From positions 3,286,001-3,350,000 of the forward strand of contig CM039001.1 in the NCBI GenBank assembly GCA_017499595.2: 64,000 nt of DNA, in the 5' to 3' direction. Both the position numbers and the translations under genes were made by a program. The stretch comes from Psilocybe cubensis (Eukaryota). Shown piece after piece: positions 25,601 through 39,444 of this stretch. The notes below the pieces were generated by a model. That model ran no database searches and was not told the DNA's origin. It was given only the letters and a program-made list of their open reading frames with translations. Positions within the stretch are counted from its first letter, which is position 1. Each line of letters starts with the position of its first letter.

Positions 25601-26956
25601 AAGATGTGTTCTGCTTCTTCGATCTTCTTCGCATTTGAAAATGTCAAGATCAGATACTCATAAACGTTGATGCCAATTTTCATGTCCTTGATGGCCTCCA
25701 GTTGCGCAAAGATGTGGATGGCAGCGTCGACGTCAGTATGGCCTGCACATGCTGACAAAAGTTTGACGTAAGTTGAATGCGCAAGTTTTTCCCTGCCTCC
25801 AACAGCCAATACACCTTCGAAAAGGGATAGGGCTGTCGAGAAATTTTGTTCTTCCTTGAGTTTGGCGATCCTGTCCTGGTCTGCTTCCATTGACGCGACT
25901 TCCATGCGACCAACAAGTGGCACCTGTTTGGGGCGCATTTCCAAGGTAACGATGGCTTTGCGAACTTCTTCATCGCGAGTAAGAAGGGCACCAATGAGAG
26001 TTTCGTATGTCTGGACATTAGGTACCACCGACTGGCTTAACATAGTGTTGTAGAGCTGAATGATACTTTGAATAGGATGTCCGGCGAGGCGAGTAGTGGC
26101 CAAGGCGTGTAAAGCAGCATTGAATTCTTTCACTTTAACCTTCGGTTTCTTCAGCAGATGGCGTACGGTATCTGCGACCACATTTTCGTCCCCCAATTTC
26201 TCCAGACGCCCGAATAGCTGGACGAAGTCGGATGAAGATGAAGATGGAGTAGGAGCGCCTGGGGTAGGGGAAGGGGGATGCCCTTCTTTTCCTGCGCTCG
26301 CTTTTGCCTTCGGTAGTTCCTCGACATCCTCTAGTGGGACGTCCGCCGATGGGGTGAGCAAAGGACTCAAAGGCTCAGATGTCGAGTTTCGGCGGATACG
26401 GAGCGGTGCAGAGCTCGAGTCAACGGGATCTGCAGCAAGAAGCCTTTCTTTTGCTGAAGCTAGAGTCTCTAGGGGAGCGAATGTGTGTTTCGCCCGCCTG
26501 TGTAGTTGAACGGTCTTGAGGACGCCCATCTTTTCACCGCGTTCAACGCGACCTGAGGTACCCATAGACACACTCGAGCTGCGCATCCGAGTGGTCTTGG
26601 GTGTCCTCGATACCACTGGCCTTCGAGGTGTGATGTCCTCATTCTCATCTGTCTGAGATGAGAATGCATCCTGGGATGTGATTGCATTTGCCTGGGTCAC
26701 TGCCCGTCCAGCGCTCTAAAGTACGGAGTTTAACACAGTAAAAGTGCACCATAGATGTATCACATACATTATATCCATAAAATCGACTGCCTGTATTGTA
26801 TTTGGAGCCGCCTGGACCTGGACCATTGCCCCAGCTCGAGCCTGAGCCCGACGAAGGGCCTGACGACTGGAGTTGGAGAACATTCCTGAGAGTGTGGGTT
26901 TGGTTCTGGACAACCGCGACGGCGCGAGTTGTACTATGGAGGATATGAGGCAGCAT
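22608..26956 (-). CDS. Large pentatricopeptide repeat (PPR) protein, probably mitochondrial; multi-exon
   Basis: Many 35-aa PPR motifs (PNLYLYNNIISKLSKARKADYAIELFQQM, PSSITYGAVIGACARVGD, PDAVVFEALINA); presequence-like N-terminus; last exon QYPEAVYNRISGVLTDHSVPL*. Confidence 0.88.
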
Positions 26957-27528
26957 AGGCCTCTAGAATGGGATTGGGGGGCACCAGACCGTCCAAACCG
27001 ACGATTCTGTTGCAAGATGACTCTGACTCCGCGCTTACACGTTCCAATGCCGAGCCGATTCGTTTTTGAATTTTTGTTTACACACGCTATCGGAACAAAT
27101 CGGCTTTTGCCGCCGGTTTCCTTCGAAGTTCGCACACTGTCATTTGCTTCCTTTCCTGAGATCACGGAGATGATCGAACTCTATTCTACACTCTAAAACG
27201 ATACAAGCTATGTATGTTTACAGTGATGCTCTTACATCAGGTTTTGAATACAGAGGTGCATGTTCTTCAAAAACTTCGGACAAGAAATACTCATGAGTTT
27301 TCTGCCCACGCTTTGACTTTTGTCATCGTAAACACAGCGAAGAGACAATAGTAAACTAGCGCCAAGTTGGCAGATGTGGCCTGGTTCAGAAACAGGTGTA
27401 TGTTCGCCTAAATTAAGCCTCTTCCCATCGTCATCGATAATAGATATATATCGCTGCCTTCTGGGACACTGAAAGAGTTGGTATAACCGCCTTGGCATTA
27501 TACTTTAGCTGCAAGTTTCGACTGAAAC

Positions 27529-28880
27529 ATGGCCGATATACACCAAAGCATCTTCCTCCTTGGAGCTACAGGGTACTTGGGATCCCAACTTCTCGTTCTG
27601 CTATCTGCCAGCTCTATAAATTATCATGTTGTTGCACTCGTGCGCGCCGCTAATCAAGAAAAGGAGGAAAAATTGAAAAGCATCCACCACAACCTATCCG
27701 TGGTCAAAGGATCGCTGGACGATCACGAAATCATCACAGAGCAAGCTTCTAAGGCCAAGTACGTGATCAACTGTGCTAGCTCAGACCACCCAGGCAGTAT
27801 CAAAGGTGCGCGATGCCGTTTATCAATTCACTCGAGCCATACTCAGACAGAGCGCCACCCGCAGCCATTCTTGAAGGTCTTGAAAAGCAATCTGCTAACC
27901 GCCCAGGCGACCCGCCTGTATATATCCACGTATCAGGACTCGCGCTGCTCAACGACAATGCTAGAGGAGAGCTCGTCCCTGAGGACCAGATCCCTAGATA
28001 CACCGATATCGGATTCAGCCTCGATCAAGTCCCGGACGACGCGCCCCATAAAAACTGTGACAGTCTCATCGTCGCTGCTGGTACCAGAAGGCAGAACCCC
28101 GTGCGCACCGTCATCGCATACCCGGGATGGATCTTCGGCGTTGGTGAAGGTACAAACAATTGCTTCTTTTGCATTACTTTTGTCCTCATTCCACATAATG
28201 CCCAATGTTGCCAGGAATAAAAAAGTCGACACGTGCCATTGACCTCTTCCTGAACACCTGGAAGCCGATTAGATACGCTGGGACATGGGGACCAGGTCAC
28301 AACTCGATGAACAACATCCATGTTAAAGACGCCGCAAACGCGTTGTTGCTCATTCTTCAGGCAGCCATCGACGGAAAGGCAGATGAAGGCGCGGAAGGAT
28401 TCTGTGAGTCCCGTGAAGAACCTAGGGGTTGTCTAAAGTGCTTTAACTGAGGATAATATTGGTTTCAGACTTCCTCGCAGGCGATGAGCCTAATGTCACT
28501 TTCCACGATATCGCCACCGTCATGGGCGACGTATGTGGAGTTCAAACCTCCCTTGACCAGGCAGTATAACTGAAATGCCGATTTTGCAGATGATGTTCGA
28601 AAAAGGCGTCCACATTAAAGGCGGGTCTGAGGCACTCCCCACGTCAATCACAGAACCATACGGAGAATGTGAGTCATCGCGCCAGACCCATTTCTTGATA
28701 CTACCAGCTATATTCATTCCATTCCATGATACAGTTTTCTGGAAATTATTCGCCGCCAACCACCGAGCAGTTCCGCAGAGACTAAAGCGCCTGGGTTGGA
28801 AAGCCACAGAGACTTCAAAGCTGCCACTTCTCGAGTCTTTGCCCAAAGAGGTAGAGGCGGTCCTGCGGCAAGCCCAGTAA
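27529..28880 (+). CDS. NAD(P)-binding Rossmann-fold protein (atypical SDR / NmrA / epimerase-like); multi-exon
   Basis: IFLLGATGYLGSQ (GxxGxxG), VINCASSDH, YIHVSG, NNIHVKDAA, RLKRLGWK. Confidence 0.82.
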
Positions 28881-29450
28881 ACGGACAGATGGTGTGGGCA
28901 TATGAGCCAGGCGCGTGACATTCGCTGAACTCGTTACAGTTGTATCTGAGTCATACTATGCCCGTTATTGAGTGTACCTGCAATATGTCATAAACGGTGT
29001 CTCGCAGCGAGAAAATAGTATGTTTGAGGGAAAAGGGAACGATACAGGGATAGGACTCGTACATAGTACGTGTAAGAGAACAAGAATGCATAGATGTTTA
29101 TTTGAAGTCCGACTTCCCAAAAAAAGAAGTTAGATGACGCCACGGCCCATTAGCCCGCGTAATTGGAAGTGCAAAAAACTTCAAGCTTTAAACCTCAAAA
29201 AATTAGGTGAACAATGGTGCGCTTGCTTGTGATTTGAAGTACATGGTATTTAAATAACAGGGGTACATACTCAGGGAATTCCACCGATAACAAAAGCCCT
29301 ACAACAAATAAATGAGCAGTAAATCTACATCTTCAGTGTAAAATGCGGGGGTATAAGAAATGCAAAAGTATACAGCGAGTTAAAAATGAATTCAGACAGG
29401 AACGAAAAGGTTTGGATACATTTTGATGAGTGATTCAGAGCTTCAAGGAC

Positions 29451-31991
29451 TTATGGTTCGAAATATCTATCCATATTCTGAAAAAGCATCACCATCAGAG
29501 CGAGCGCTAGGCGCTTACATGCCGTAATACTCACCAATGGGCGCAAGCTGGAAATCTGATGCCGGTGATCAGTATAGACTAAGAAAATAAAATATGTTAT
29601 GTAGATACCTGAGGATCTTGAAAATTGTGTATCTCCAGATTGGGTGGCGGGATCACCTTCTTTTTCTTCCCAAGTTTAATCTCAGTGTTCCATTTCTTGA
29701 CCTGTCTCTTATAGTCTCGCGACTCATCGTGCATTTCGATGTAGCTTCGGTGGATGTCATGGCTACAATTAAAGGGGTAAGATCATCCGTCACGAGCCTG
29801 GAAGTGGGTGGTAGAAATGACATACCTAACCAGCGTGAGTACATCTTTGAGCTTCCGTCTCGGCTGCTCTCTCAGCATCTTGACCAAAAACTGGGAGGTG
29901 CACATATTAAACTGAGTTATCAATGTTAGATTAATACATATCCACTTACTTGAGTCATTGTGGAACCATCTCTAATCCATGTTACTTGGCTGTCTTTGGA
30001 TGACGACAGACAGATCTGTCAGGCAAGATGCCGATGAGCTATGCAGTCCATATGACTACTAAGAAAAAATGAGACTTACGACGTCAGCTTGGGGTACATT
30101 CCTCCTCATGAAGATGGGATCTTTCCTGCAATTACCATGACAATACAAGGAGACAGGCGAGGCAATAGCTCTGCCTGAATTAGGGGTAGGCATGCTGGTA
30201 GGAACGGATGCTGTGTACTCTGAGATTTCCGTCAGAATACGTGGTCGTCTAATGGGCGGTCGTGGTTTGTTGGACGGATCTCCAGATGGAAAATGCGGTG
30301 GAGGAAACCCGGTCGCACGACGTGTTGAAGAGGGACTGGCCAGGGCCGACTTGAGAAGAAAGTTGTTGGGCAAGGTAGCATCGAGATTGAGGTGCTCGAA
30401 ATAATCTGTCATGTTCTGTCAGCCATGCGTATAGAAATCAGAGAATTTGTCCTCTCACGATCAATTTCCAGCTTCCGTTCTAGCATCATATGTTATTAAA
30501 AAAAGGTTAGACCGAAAAACTGAATGAACACACGATTTTTTGCCAGTATTGTATCTGTTCTCCTTTTCCCTCTGTTGAGCCATGGAACATAGACTCGGTT
30601 ACATCTAAAATGAGGGAGATCTTCGAGAGAGTGAGATGTTCAATCAGATATTTCAGGAGCATCGAACACTACCGAGGAGTGAGCAGGAGTGACAGGAGTC
30701 AAAAATCGCCTAAACCGATATGAGAACTGGAGTGAAAGGAAGAAATAATCGACGCACTGTCAATGAGCATGTCGATGGGAGAGGATCAACAAGTAGTTGT
30801 CGAAGTTCCTGAGCGACCGATGAGTATAACACTAAAATTTTATTTTGAAATCATACGTTGTCCATGATTTCCTCCCCATCGGCAGTCAAAATAACTATTA
30901 TGGACGTGTAAGTGATACGAAGCCGCAATATAAGAATTCAAGCTAGACGCACACTCGTTCTTCCTGTCCTCTTCTTCCTCGTCGTCCGTATCTTCTTGAA
31001 ATGAATGGCCTACGACTAGAGGAAAGGTGGTTAACTGACCACAACTGTGGAAGGTAGAGTAGATTTTACAATAAAAGAAGAAATGGTCGTTTTGTTTAGC
31101 CCCCTCTACAAGTATTTGTATCTGGCGGACCTTTGATAGATTTTATCAGATTACAGTTTTTAACACAATCTATAAAATGGATCAATGACGACACATACAA
31201 TGTTCTCTCGCGTGGGATGAATAGACCCTTCTTTGTTGTCGTCTAATAGAGAAACAATCTCATTCGGGTCATAGCCATACATATCTGTCGAAAAAATAAA
31301 ATAAGTGACTCGTAAATGGCGCGCTGTGGCTTGTTGTCGCACCTTCCAGGAGAGAGCGCATGTCCTCCACATCACGGTGTTCGCGACAGGAATATTCGTT
31401 TGTAGGCGGAAGGTCATTCGTAGAAGGAAGGTCGTTCAGGTCCTCACGTCTCAAATTATTTCCAACACCAATAAGGAGCGCCCTCCTCCTGATTTTCGCT
31501 GTAACCTGAGATTCTCGTATGGAGGACATATCGACGATTGATTGTACATGGAGGTGAGTCTCGCTCATCGACACGTCCGATAACCTCTCTCTTGAATCCC
31601 CCACGGTCATGTTGTTATTGATATCCGGAGCATCGCCTCCGACGTTAGCGACGAACGCAGCCGCCAACGGGCTTTGGACCACGGGCTTAGTGTGATCTTT
31701 CAAGTCGTCAACCTCCACACATTCCACGGCGCTAATTTCTTCTCCAAGAGCGCTACCTCCATCAATGTATTCCAACGAGTCATGAGGAGCGTAGTAGACA
31801 CTTTTTAGTAGTCGGAATGTTGGGCGTCGAAAAGCGCTCGCAATTTCGAGGAAGAGGATGGACTGTGAGAGAAATCGGTAGGCTTTTAGTTGGCGAAAAT
31901 GTTGAACGAGGTTGGAGAACAGATGCGAGAACCAGGGACTTGGATCGAATGCGAAGGAACCGAATGGAGACAGGGTCTTGAAAAGGGGCAT
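29451..31991 (-). CDS. Metacaspase-like peptidase (family C14), divergent; multi-exon
   Basis: RRRALLIGVG, DVEDMRSLL, LLDD...PTRENI, FFFYFVGHS (catalytic His), AIFDSCHSCSLLDL (catalytic Cys), ends LSSQRPLNMDRYFEP*. Confidence 0.82.
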
Positions 31992-32582
31992 TTTTCTTTT
32001 GGCAGTAGGTTCAGGAAAAATTCGTCCATTCGTATTTGTACTACTAACTTCTAAGTTGTCAACACTACTGAACCAACCAAAAAAGAAGGTAAAGATATCT
32101 ACCTTCTTGATCGACGTGATACTGATCCATCATCCAAGAGTAGCGCGGCAGGCAGTGTTAGAACCTAATACAAGGTAATGGTCCTCTTGCAAAAACCACG
32201 ACTGCTGGCATGGGGGTCAAAGGAAAACGTGGTTTGAGATGTTGAAAACCAAATGAGTTAAGCAGCTTATCAAAGCCCGGGTTTGGCTGCCTCGGAGTAA
32301 GTGTCTCCGCTTAGTGGCAGCCTCCGTTCTATATATATGTATGATGGCGGCAAGTTCTATTACTATTACTTTAGCAACATAGTAACCGTGAATGATCGCC
32401 TCCAGTGAGCTTCCTAAGTGGAAAGGCTATTAGTATTATAATGAAGAATCATCGGATTAATCTATTATTAACTTACCTGTTTATGCTCAGGCGCTCTACA
32501 AGTGAACGTAGTACAGTTGATGACTTCGGGGAACACTGCTGGTTCAACCCTTAGTCTAAGTAAGCAGTTGTAGCTTTGGAAG

Positions 32583-33587
32583 TTGTTGGTTCTAAAATTG
32601 TCGACTCTCCTTGGCCTGTTGGTGTCGATCATAGAATATCATACTTTGATGTTGATGGTGTGCATAGCCTTGATCATCGCCTTTTTCTGTATTCCTTTAG
32701 TTTCTAATTATAACATTTGGACAAAAGATAAAAGAAGCCATGGAGGCTTTCCCCGCCTATTATCTCAATCTGCTCTAATGCCCGATACCACAGACTCGAC
32801 TATCTAATAAAAAGGATCACCTTATTTCTTCATGGACAAGGTGAACTAATAAATAAGCATCTAACCTGCATTTAACAAAAGGTTAATCTTAACTCATGGC
32901 ACGATTTGCTCCTACTAGGAACATCATCCTTCAATTTTTATATTCAACGTACTAAAAGCAGGAGCTCGGCATGTGTCAGACGCTCCCCATGATCCAAAGC
33001 TCCTACTCGCTGCGTTTAGCGCTGCGTTGGAATCTGCTTTAAATAAGCCCTGGATTGTTCAAGGCGCGATCTATGCGCCAGCCGGTGCAAGCATCTTTAT
33101 TGACACGGAGGACGACCAGTGGCACGATCACGTTGGTTGCCCTGCTGACGAGGATTTGCGAAAAATGTTCTCAGAGGAGGTAATAAGTTATGTATCTCTC
33201 TGTCTTGATATCAAGCTGACGTTGTTGTTGTTGTTCTTATCGGTTATGCCAGAATTCACCTTTATCAAATGCTTCCGAGAAGGTCAATGAGGTTGGTCAA
33301 TCATTTCCGGATGATGATTTGTAAATGATTTGTCTCTTACTTGCTAAAAGAATACCGAATATGTGCCCGACTTGACCTCTCGACGAGCCTGTGCATCAAT
33401 ATTCAAAGTTCCCTACACACCTTATAAAAGTTACTATCCTCCTGATGATGCGCAGAATGACCCGAAGTCACTATTGAAGCAATTCATCGATGCTATTCAC
33501 TCTGTCCTTCATAAGAGTGAATTGATTATCAGCGCAATGTACGAGGCGGAAGCTAAAAGTGCAAACATTTTTATGATGGACGGTTAA
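32583..33587 (+). CDS. Small hypothetical protein with an internal duplicated ~45-aa unit; exon structure uncertain
   Basis: ORFs 32973-33290 and 33363-33587 contain similar segments (DAPHDPKLLLAAF...GAIYAPAGASIFI / DAQNDPKSLLKQF...SAMYEAEAKSANIFM) separated by GT-AG-like introns; start unresolved. Confidence 0.4.
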
Positions 33588-34011
33588 ACCCAAATTGTGC
33601 GTCTAAGTAGCATGTCTCCCTCGTCATTGCGATCTTTGAATAATTCAATCGTTGTTCATCAGATGGTTAATAATAAGAACCATGATTGACGCTGCAGCGT
33701 GGCAATATTGACGCATTTTAAGTCTCGATCACCATCTGTCACCGTGCTGAGCGCTTCTGCCTCCTGTACCTAGAATATTTTGTGCCTTGACGAAGACCAA
33801 GTTCTCCATAATTCGAATGTCTTACAAGCCCCTTAAATCGAACACACGAACAACGCCGCGTTTCCCAAACCTACATATTTCAAATCCTTGACAACCGCCA
33901 AGCCCGCGGCAACTAGCGAAATTCCTTTATAATGTGGGGTGATCCCACGAGTCTCACACGCCCCTACCTCTTGACAAAAAGTAAAAAGGGTACACCTCAC
34001 TTCCAACTGCA

Positions 34012-36784
34012 ATGGGACTACCACCCGGTATCGTCTATATCATCAGCCACCTTCCCTCAGTTTTATTCTACTCAGTTGCCACGTACGTGGGACTATACAT
34101 ATTGCAAGATCAACAAATACTTCCTGTGGTACCGGTTTGGGTGACGGTTATCGCCACTGTTCTTGCGAGACCTGTCATCTTCGTCTTTCAGCGATATTTC
34201 AGTCTATGGCAAAATAAGCGGGCAGCAGCGGCTAATGGGGCGATCATCGCTCCGTATGTGAACAAATCTCCATTGGCTATCATTGCCGAAGTAGTCGAAT
34301 CTATTCGTAATGGATACCCTGGTGAGTCTATCGAGAATTAATACATAATTCTTCCTGAAAGATATCTGCCACATCTACCACAGCTGAAACAGTACTCCGA
34401 TGGACCAAAGAATACGGGAACGTGGTCCAATTCGATCTGTTTACCAGTACAGCTGTTCGTGTCTTACATACTAAGGCCCATGCTTTTTTCACTGACATAT
34501 CTTTGTCCCTATTTCAAGATTATCGTGGACGAGCCTGAGCATGTCAAGGTCTCTCCATATATCTATTCTTCTGGTCTCACAATTTAATCATGTGTCTCTT
34601 TTGGTGCAGGCTGTTCTTGCTACGCAATTCGATTCCTTCGCCAAAGGTCTGCCCTCATACATGCTCTGGGGGCATTAAGCTAATTCCTCTTAAGGCTCTC
34701 TTTTCTTATCACAGATGGACTCTCTGCTTGGAGTGGGTGTCTTTAACGCTGATGGTAAGCATTTGAGAATTTGCAATAGTGTCTGTCAACTCATCAAGGG
34801 TGACCAGGTGAAATGTGGAAGTGCGTATCAATTCGGCCTCGGCACGAAAGTCTTTCAAATAACTTTGTAGATTCCATCGGTCAATGACGAGGCCTTTCTT
34901 CACTCGGGAGCGGATCAGTGACTTCGAGATCTACGACCGCAACTGGGATCTTTCTTTGAAGCTGGCGAAACAAAGAATTGAGGAAGGATATTCTATTGAC
35001 GTCCAGGTATGTAGGTGTTGATGGCTTCATGGTTGTTCATGCTATAATTTTGAACTCTCAGGATCTTGTTTCCCGTTTTACGCTTGACTCTGCAACGGAA
35101 TTCCTGTTTGGTGCCTCTGTCGGTTCTTTGTCTGCCGGTATACCGTACCCGCCCGAACACGTGGAAAATAACACGGCCGCCTTCTACAGCCATCCATCTA
35201 CCACTTTCGTCAAAGCGTTTACTGAAGGTCTAATTTTAGCTGCCGTTCGCACAGGACTAGGACAGGAATGGCCTCTAGCAGAGTTTGGACAAGACAAGAT
35301 AACACCATTGCGCAAAACTATGGATGAATTCACCGAGCCCTTAATGAAAATGGCGTTGGATAAGAGAGAGAAGGCATTGGCTGAAGGTGTCGAGCTCAAG
35401 GACAAGGAAGAAATGACGTTGCTGGGCCACTTGGTTAACCACACTCAAGGTCAGTGACATAGGTAAATTTGATGTCTTTTAAAATACAAACTCATAATCT
35501 TTTTTAAGATACCAAAATTCTGAAGGACGAAGTGCGTAGAAATATTTCCCAAATTATCGAACGGCCGATTTAATTGAGATACTCACATTTCAACCCTTAG
35601 CTCATCAATCTTCTCGTAGCTGGGCGAGACACGGTCAGTCTATATTTACGACTCTAGTTATGCGATGAAGTATTTACGTCGTTCACTTAGACAATGTGTT
35701 TATTGACATTCGCGATTTATATGTTAGCAGAACACCCGGACGTCGAGAAGCGCCTTCGACAGGAAATCTTTGATATTGTTGGACCCACCAGCGCACCCAA
35801 GTATGAGCAAATGCGAGATATGAGGTACACAAGAGCATTCCTCAATGGTATGTTTATATCAATCACCCGTCTTGGCTCGGTTAACCCATGGTTCCCAGAG
35901 GTCCTACGACTTTATCCACCGGTGTGAGTAACTGGTCCACTACCCGAACGCAAAAATAATCTTCATGATCTCTTCCCATAGACCGGCTGATTCTAGGTAA
36001 GCAAGCCATTTCAGGCAAGGTTTTCTTGAGTTATCAAGGGACTCACAATATAATAATAAAGGACTGCAATTAAACCAGTTGTCTTGCCACCTGCTCGGAA
36101 GGGTGGGAAACCGATTTATATTCCGAAAGATACAACGTACGCTCTCAAAGCTAATTCCGAAGTGTACGATGCTGATTGAGCTGCTATCTGTCAACTGATA
36201 GTTGTTTATATACCGTCTTAAACATTCATCGCCGCACCGACTTGTGGGGCCCCGATGGTACTTCGCTCTTATAATTTCAGCGTGAAGCACTAATATGGAG
36301 TAATGCCTCCATAATTGACGCTTTTCAATGCAGCTCTTGAATTTGACCCAGATCGTTTCCTCGACAGCAGAGTGCAGAAATATTTGGTCCACAATCCCTT
36401 CATCTTCTGCCCCTTCAACGCTGGTCCGCGGATTTGCTTGGGACAACAGGCGAGTTCAATCGTATCCAGGTTGTCGTTATTTTCTTCTAACATTCTATTC
36501 TGTATAGTTTGCCTACCACGAAGCCACGTACTATCTTGTGCGTCTGCTTCAGAACTTTACAGGTTTCACTCTTGATCAATCTGCCAATGTGCCTCCACCT
36601 GCTCATTGGAAATCGGGAGATGCCCTGGTCGCTCGTGAGAAGGTTCGGCCAACCGCACATTTGACCATGTATATCAAGGTAAGCTCTTATGAATATTTTA
36701 TCTTCTCTTCTGCAATCCTAAACACATCTTATCCAGGGAGGATTGTGGGTCCAGATGAAGGAGCTCAAAGCCAACGAGGTGTGA
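34012..36784 (+). CDS. Cytochrome P450, CYP63-like, copy 2; 17 introns
   Basis: MGLPPG start, [55 protein letters not shown] end. Confidence 0.92.
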
Positions 36785-36873
36785 TTTATTACTGATGAAG
36801 GGCGCTTAACTACGATTAGCCCCCACATAGTTCCTGTAACAATGATTGCAAATGTATCTTGTATCTTAACTTT

Positions 36874-39444
36874 TTAAGCTTCTTGCATGGTGACCCAAAG
36901 CCCTCCCTTCAGTCAGGCATCAGTGAACATTTTTCAATGCAAGTCATTTTTTGATATCGTACGTACTTGGACATACATCGTTAGATGTGCCTTCGGCTTG
37001 ATTTTCTCCCTTCTTTTCCTCATATTCTCACCCTCGGCCGCCCATTCAGCCGGTGGGCGAGATTTGGGTGGCTGGGCATCCGGCGCAAGAAGAATGCCAG
37101 AGAAGCTTTGGAGAAGTCTGACCAGGAAGAAAGAAGTTTCGTGATAGGCAAACTGTGTAGGTGATTAGCCATCGGTTTCGAATGATTGCCAAAGCTGTTG
37201 CTTTAGAATAAACAAACTTTTGGTTACACGTACCTGTTGACCCAAACAGATTCTAGGGCCAGCATTGAATGGAAGGAAGATGAACGGGTTGGGGGTTAAG
37301 TATTTATGGAGCCTTTCATCCAAAAAACGATCCGGATCGAACTCCAGGGCTATAGTAAACCGCGTAAGTGAAAGTTAAAAATTAAAAATTCTAGAAAATA
37401 ATAACCGTCTGGTCCCCATAAGTCTTCCCTTCTTTGCATCAAGGCAATCGCATAGGGAGTCCTTCGAATCTGGGTGAGCCAAGTGTGTCGATAGGAAGTA
37501 TGAAGGAAATACTACCTTGTGTTGGCTGGTACATAAAATGGTTTACCGTGTTTGTTAGGCCATACCGTTGCCTCCTTGGATGTCCTAATGTTAAAAGGCC
37601 TATTCCACCACCAAATGTTCAATACAGAAAGATCGAGAGGTAGACAAACACAATATCAACAACTCACACCGCAGGGTATAACCTCAAAGTTTCTATAGTC
37701 CTGCTTTAGACAAGAAATATACATACATACCCGCCTTTCAGCTCACCGTTGATGACGGCCCTAAGGTATTTCATATCCCTAAAGTCATCATATGTAGGTC
37801 GTCTTTGTGGACCGACCCTTTCCAAAACCTCCTCGCGAAGCCTTTGTAAGACTTTAGGATGCTCGGCAAGCATATACACTATAAAGGTAAGAGTGCTTGC
37901 AGTCTATATCAACAAATTTTAGCATTGAAATACAACATTGCTTATGGCAACCAGGGACTAACCGTATCCCGCCCTGCTACCAACAATGACATGATTTCAT
38001 CTCTCAAAGTAATTGGATCCTCTGTCGAGTTTACCAAGTTTTCCAGGAGAGTTTCGTCATCCTTTTCCCTGACATGTCCGACAGACGCTCTCTTCCTGCT
38101 AATAGCCTCTGCCACAATGGGATCTATAAACTCATGCACAACGCGCATAGGGCCCTTTAGTTTGTCATGCCAAAATTCCATAAGAGGCCAATGAACGCCT
38201 AAGCCCATGCGCCTTGCAGTAATCATCTGTGCTTCAGCAAGGGCGCCTACAAAGCGGGACGATAGATGCGGGACAACATCTGTGTTTGCTACCCCGGATT
38301 TGATATAATAGGGGTATGGAAGCCCTCCCGAGAGAGACCCAACATCATTTCCAAAAAGAAACTCTGTGGCAGAGTCAAGTGTGAAGCGTGCAACAAGGTC
38401 CTGGTGGAAGGATTAACCCTTATGGAAGGGGCTTACTCTTCCGAGGCTCAAAACACACCTGAAAATCCACGGGATGACCTTCTCGCAACCGTGACTTGAG
38501 CTGCGTGATTGCGTCCTCCGCATGCCTGTCGAAATTATCGAAATGACTGATCCTCTCTCGGCTGAAGAAAGGCCTCGTCATAGAACGATGGAATCTATCG
38601 TTTGTATTCGTCAGAAGAGAAACCTATACGAAACATAGAAACATACTTCCACAAATCACCTGTAGTTCAAGCAAGGTTAAAAGACGGCATTTGTTCATCA
38701 ATAGAGGCGAACACTAAACTGACCATCAGCAGCAAATACGCCTGTTCCCAGTAATGGATAAAATAATGTTCGAGTTTCTGGTCCTAATTCAAAGGTAAGG
38801 TTGGCAGAGGACTTAGAAATAACACTGTGATACCTTTTTCAAACTCGTCAAATTGAGTGGCTAGGATTGCCTTGATAATGTCTGGTTCTGCAGTGATCAA
38901 CTATATATATAGCAACCTATAGGTCCATTATCAGAGAAAAATACAGCATAAAGTTGCTCACCCTATTCTCAAACAAGACCCGTGCATTGAATGTTGAGCA
39001 CCCATGTTGTTTACACAACTGATCAAAGCCGTCGCCTGTGGCGCTTGTCAATAAGGCCCACTATACCCCTAGAAAACGCCAAAACTAAACGGACACAACC
39101 GATGACGCACCTGGGTACTTCTTCTCAAACTCCCTGATGTTCTTGATCACTGTCATAATATTCCCCGGCGACCAATCGCCCAACCGGGGGGGCATAATCG
39201 CACCCTTCCTAGCAGCGTCTACCCTGATGCGCACCTCGCTCCAGAGCACAGCCAGAGCGAGAGTCGAAGGCAGGCTCCCAATCAGCGCACAGGCCAGAGT
39301 CCAGGCAGAGTGCAGAGCGGGGTATTGTACGCCATAGGTCGGCGCCAGGTAGTATCGGAACGCGAAATAGGTAAGCAGAGGCGGAGCCGTTAACTTGTGC
39401 GCGCGCTGTATGAGGTAGTGGACGCCAGGTGGGATTGAGTCCAT
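36874..39444 (-). CDS. Cytochrome P450, CYP63-like, copy 3; 13 introns
   Basis: MDSIPPG start, [66 protein letters not shown]. Confidence 0.92.

Noticed and set aside
22722..26509. Several plus-strand ORFs of 65-198 aa opposite the PPR gene
   Set aside because: No motifs; typical antisense ORFs of a long coding exon
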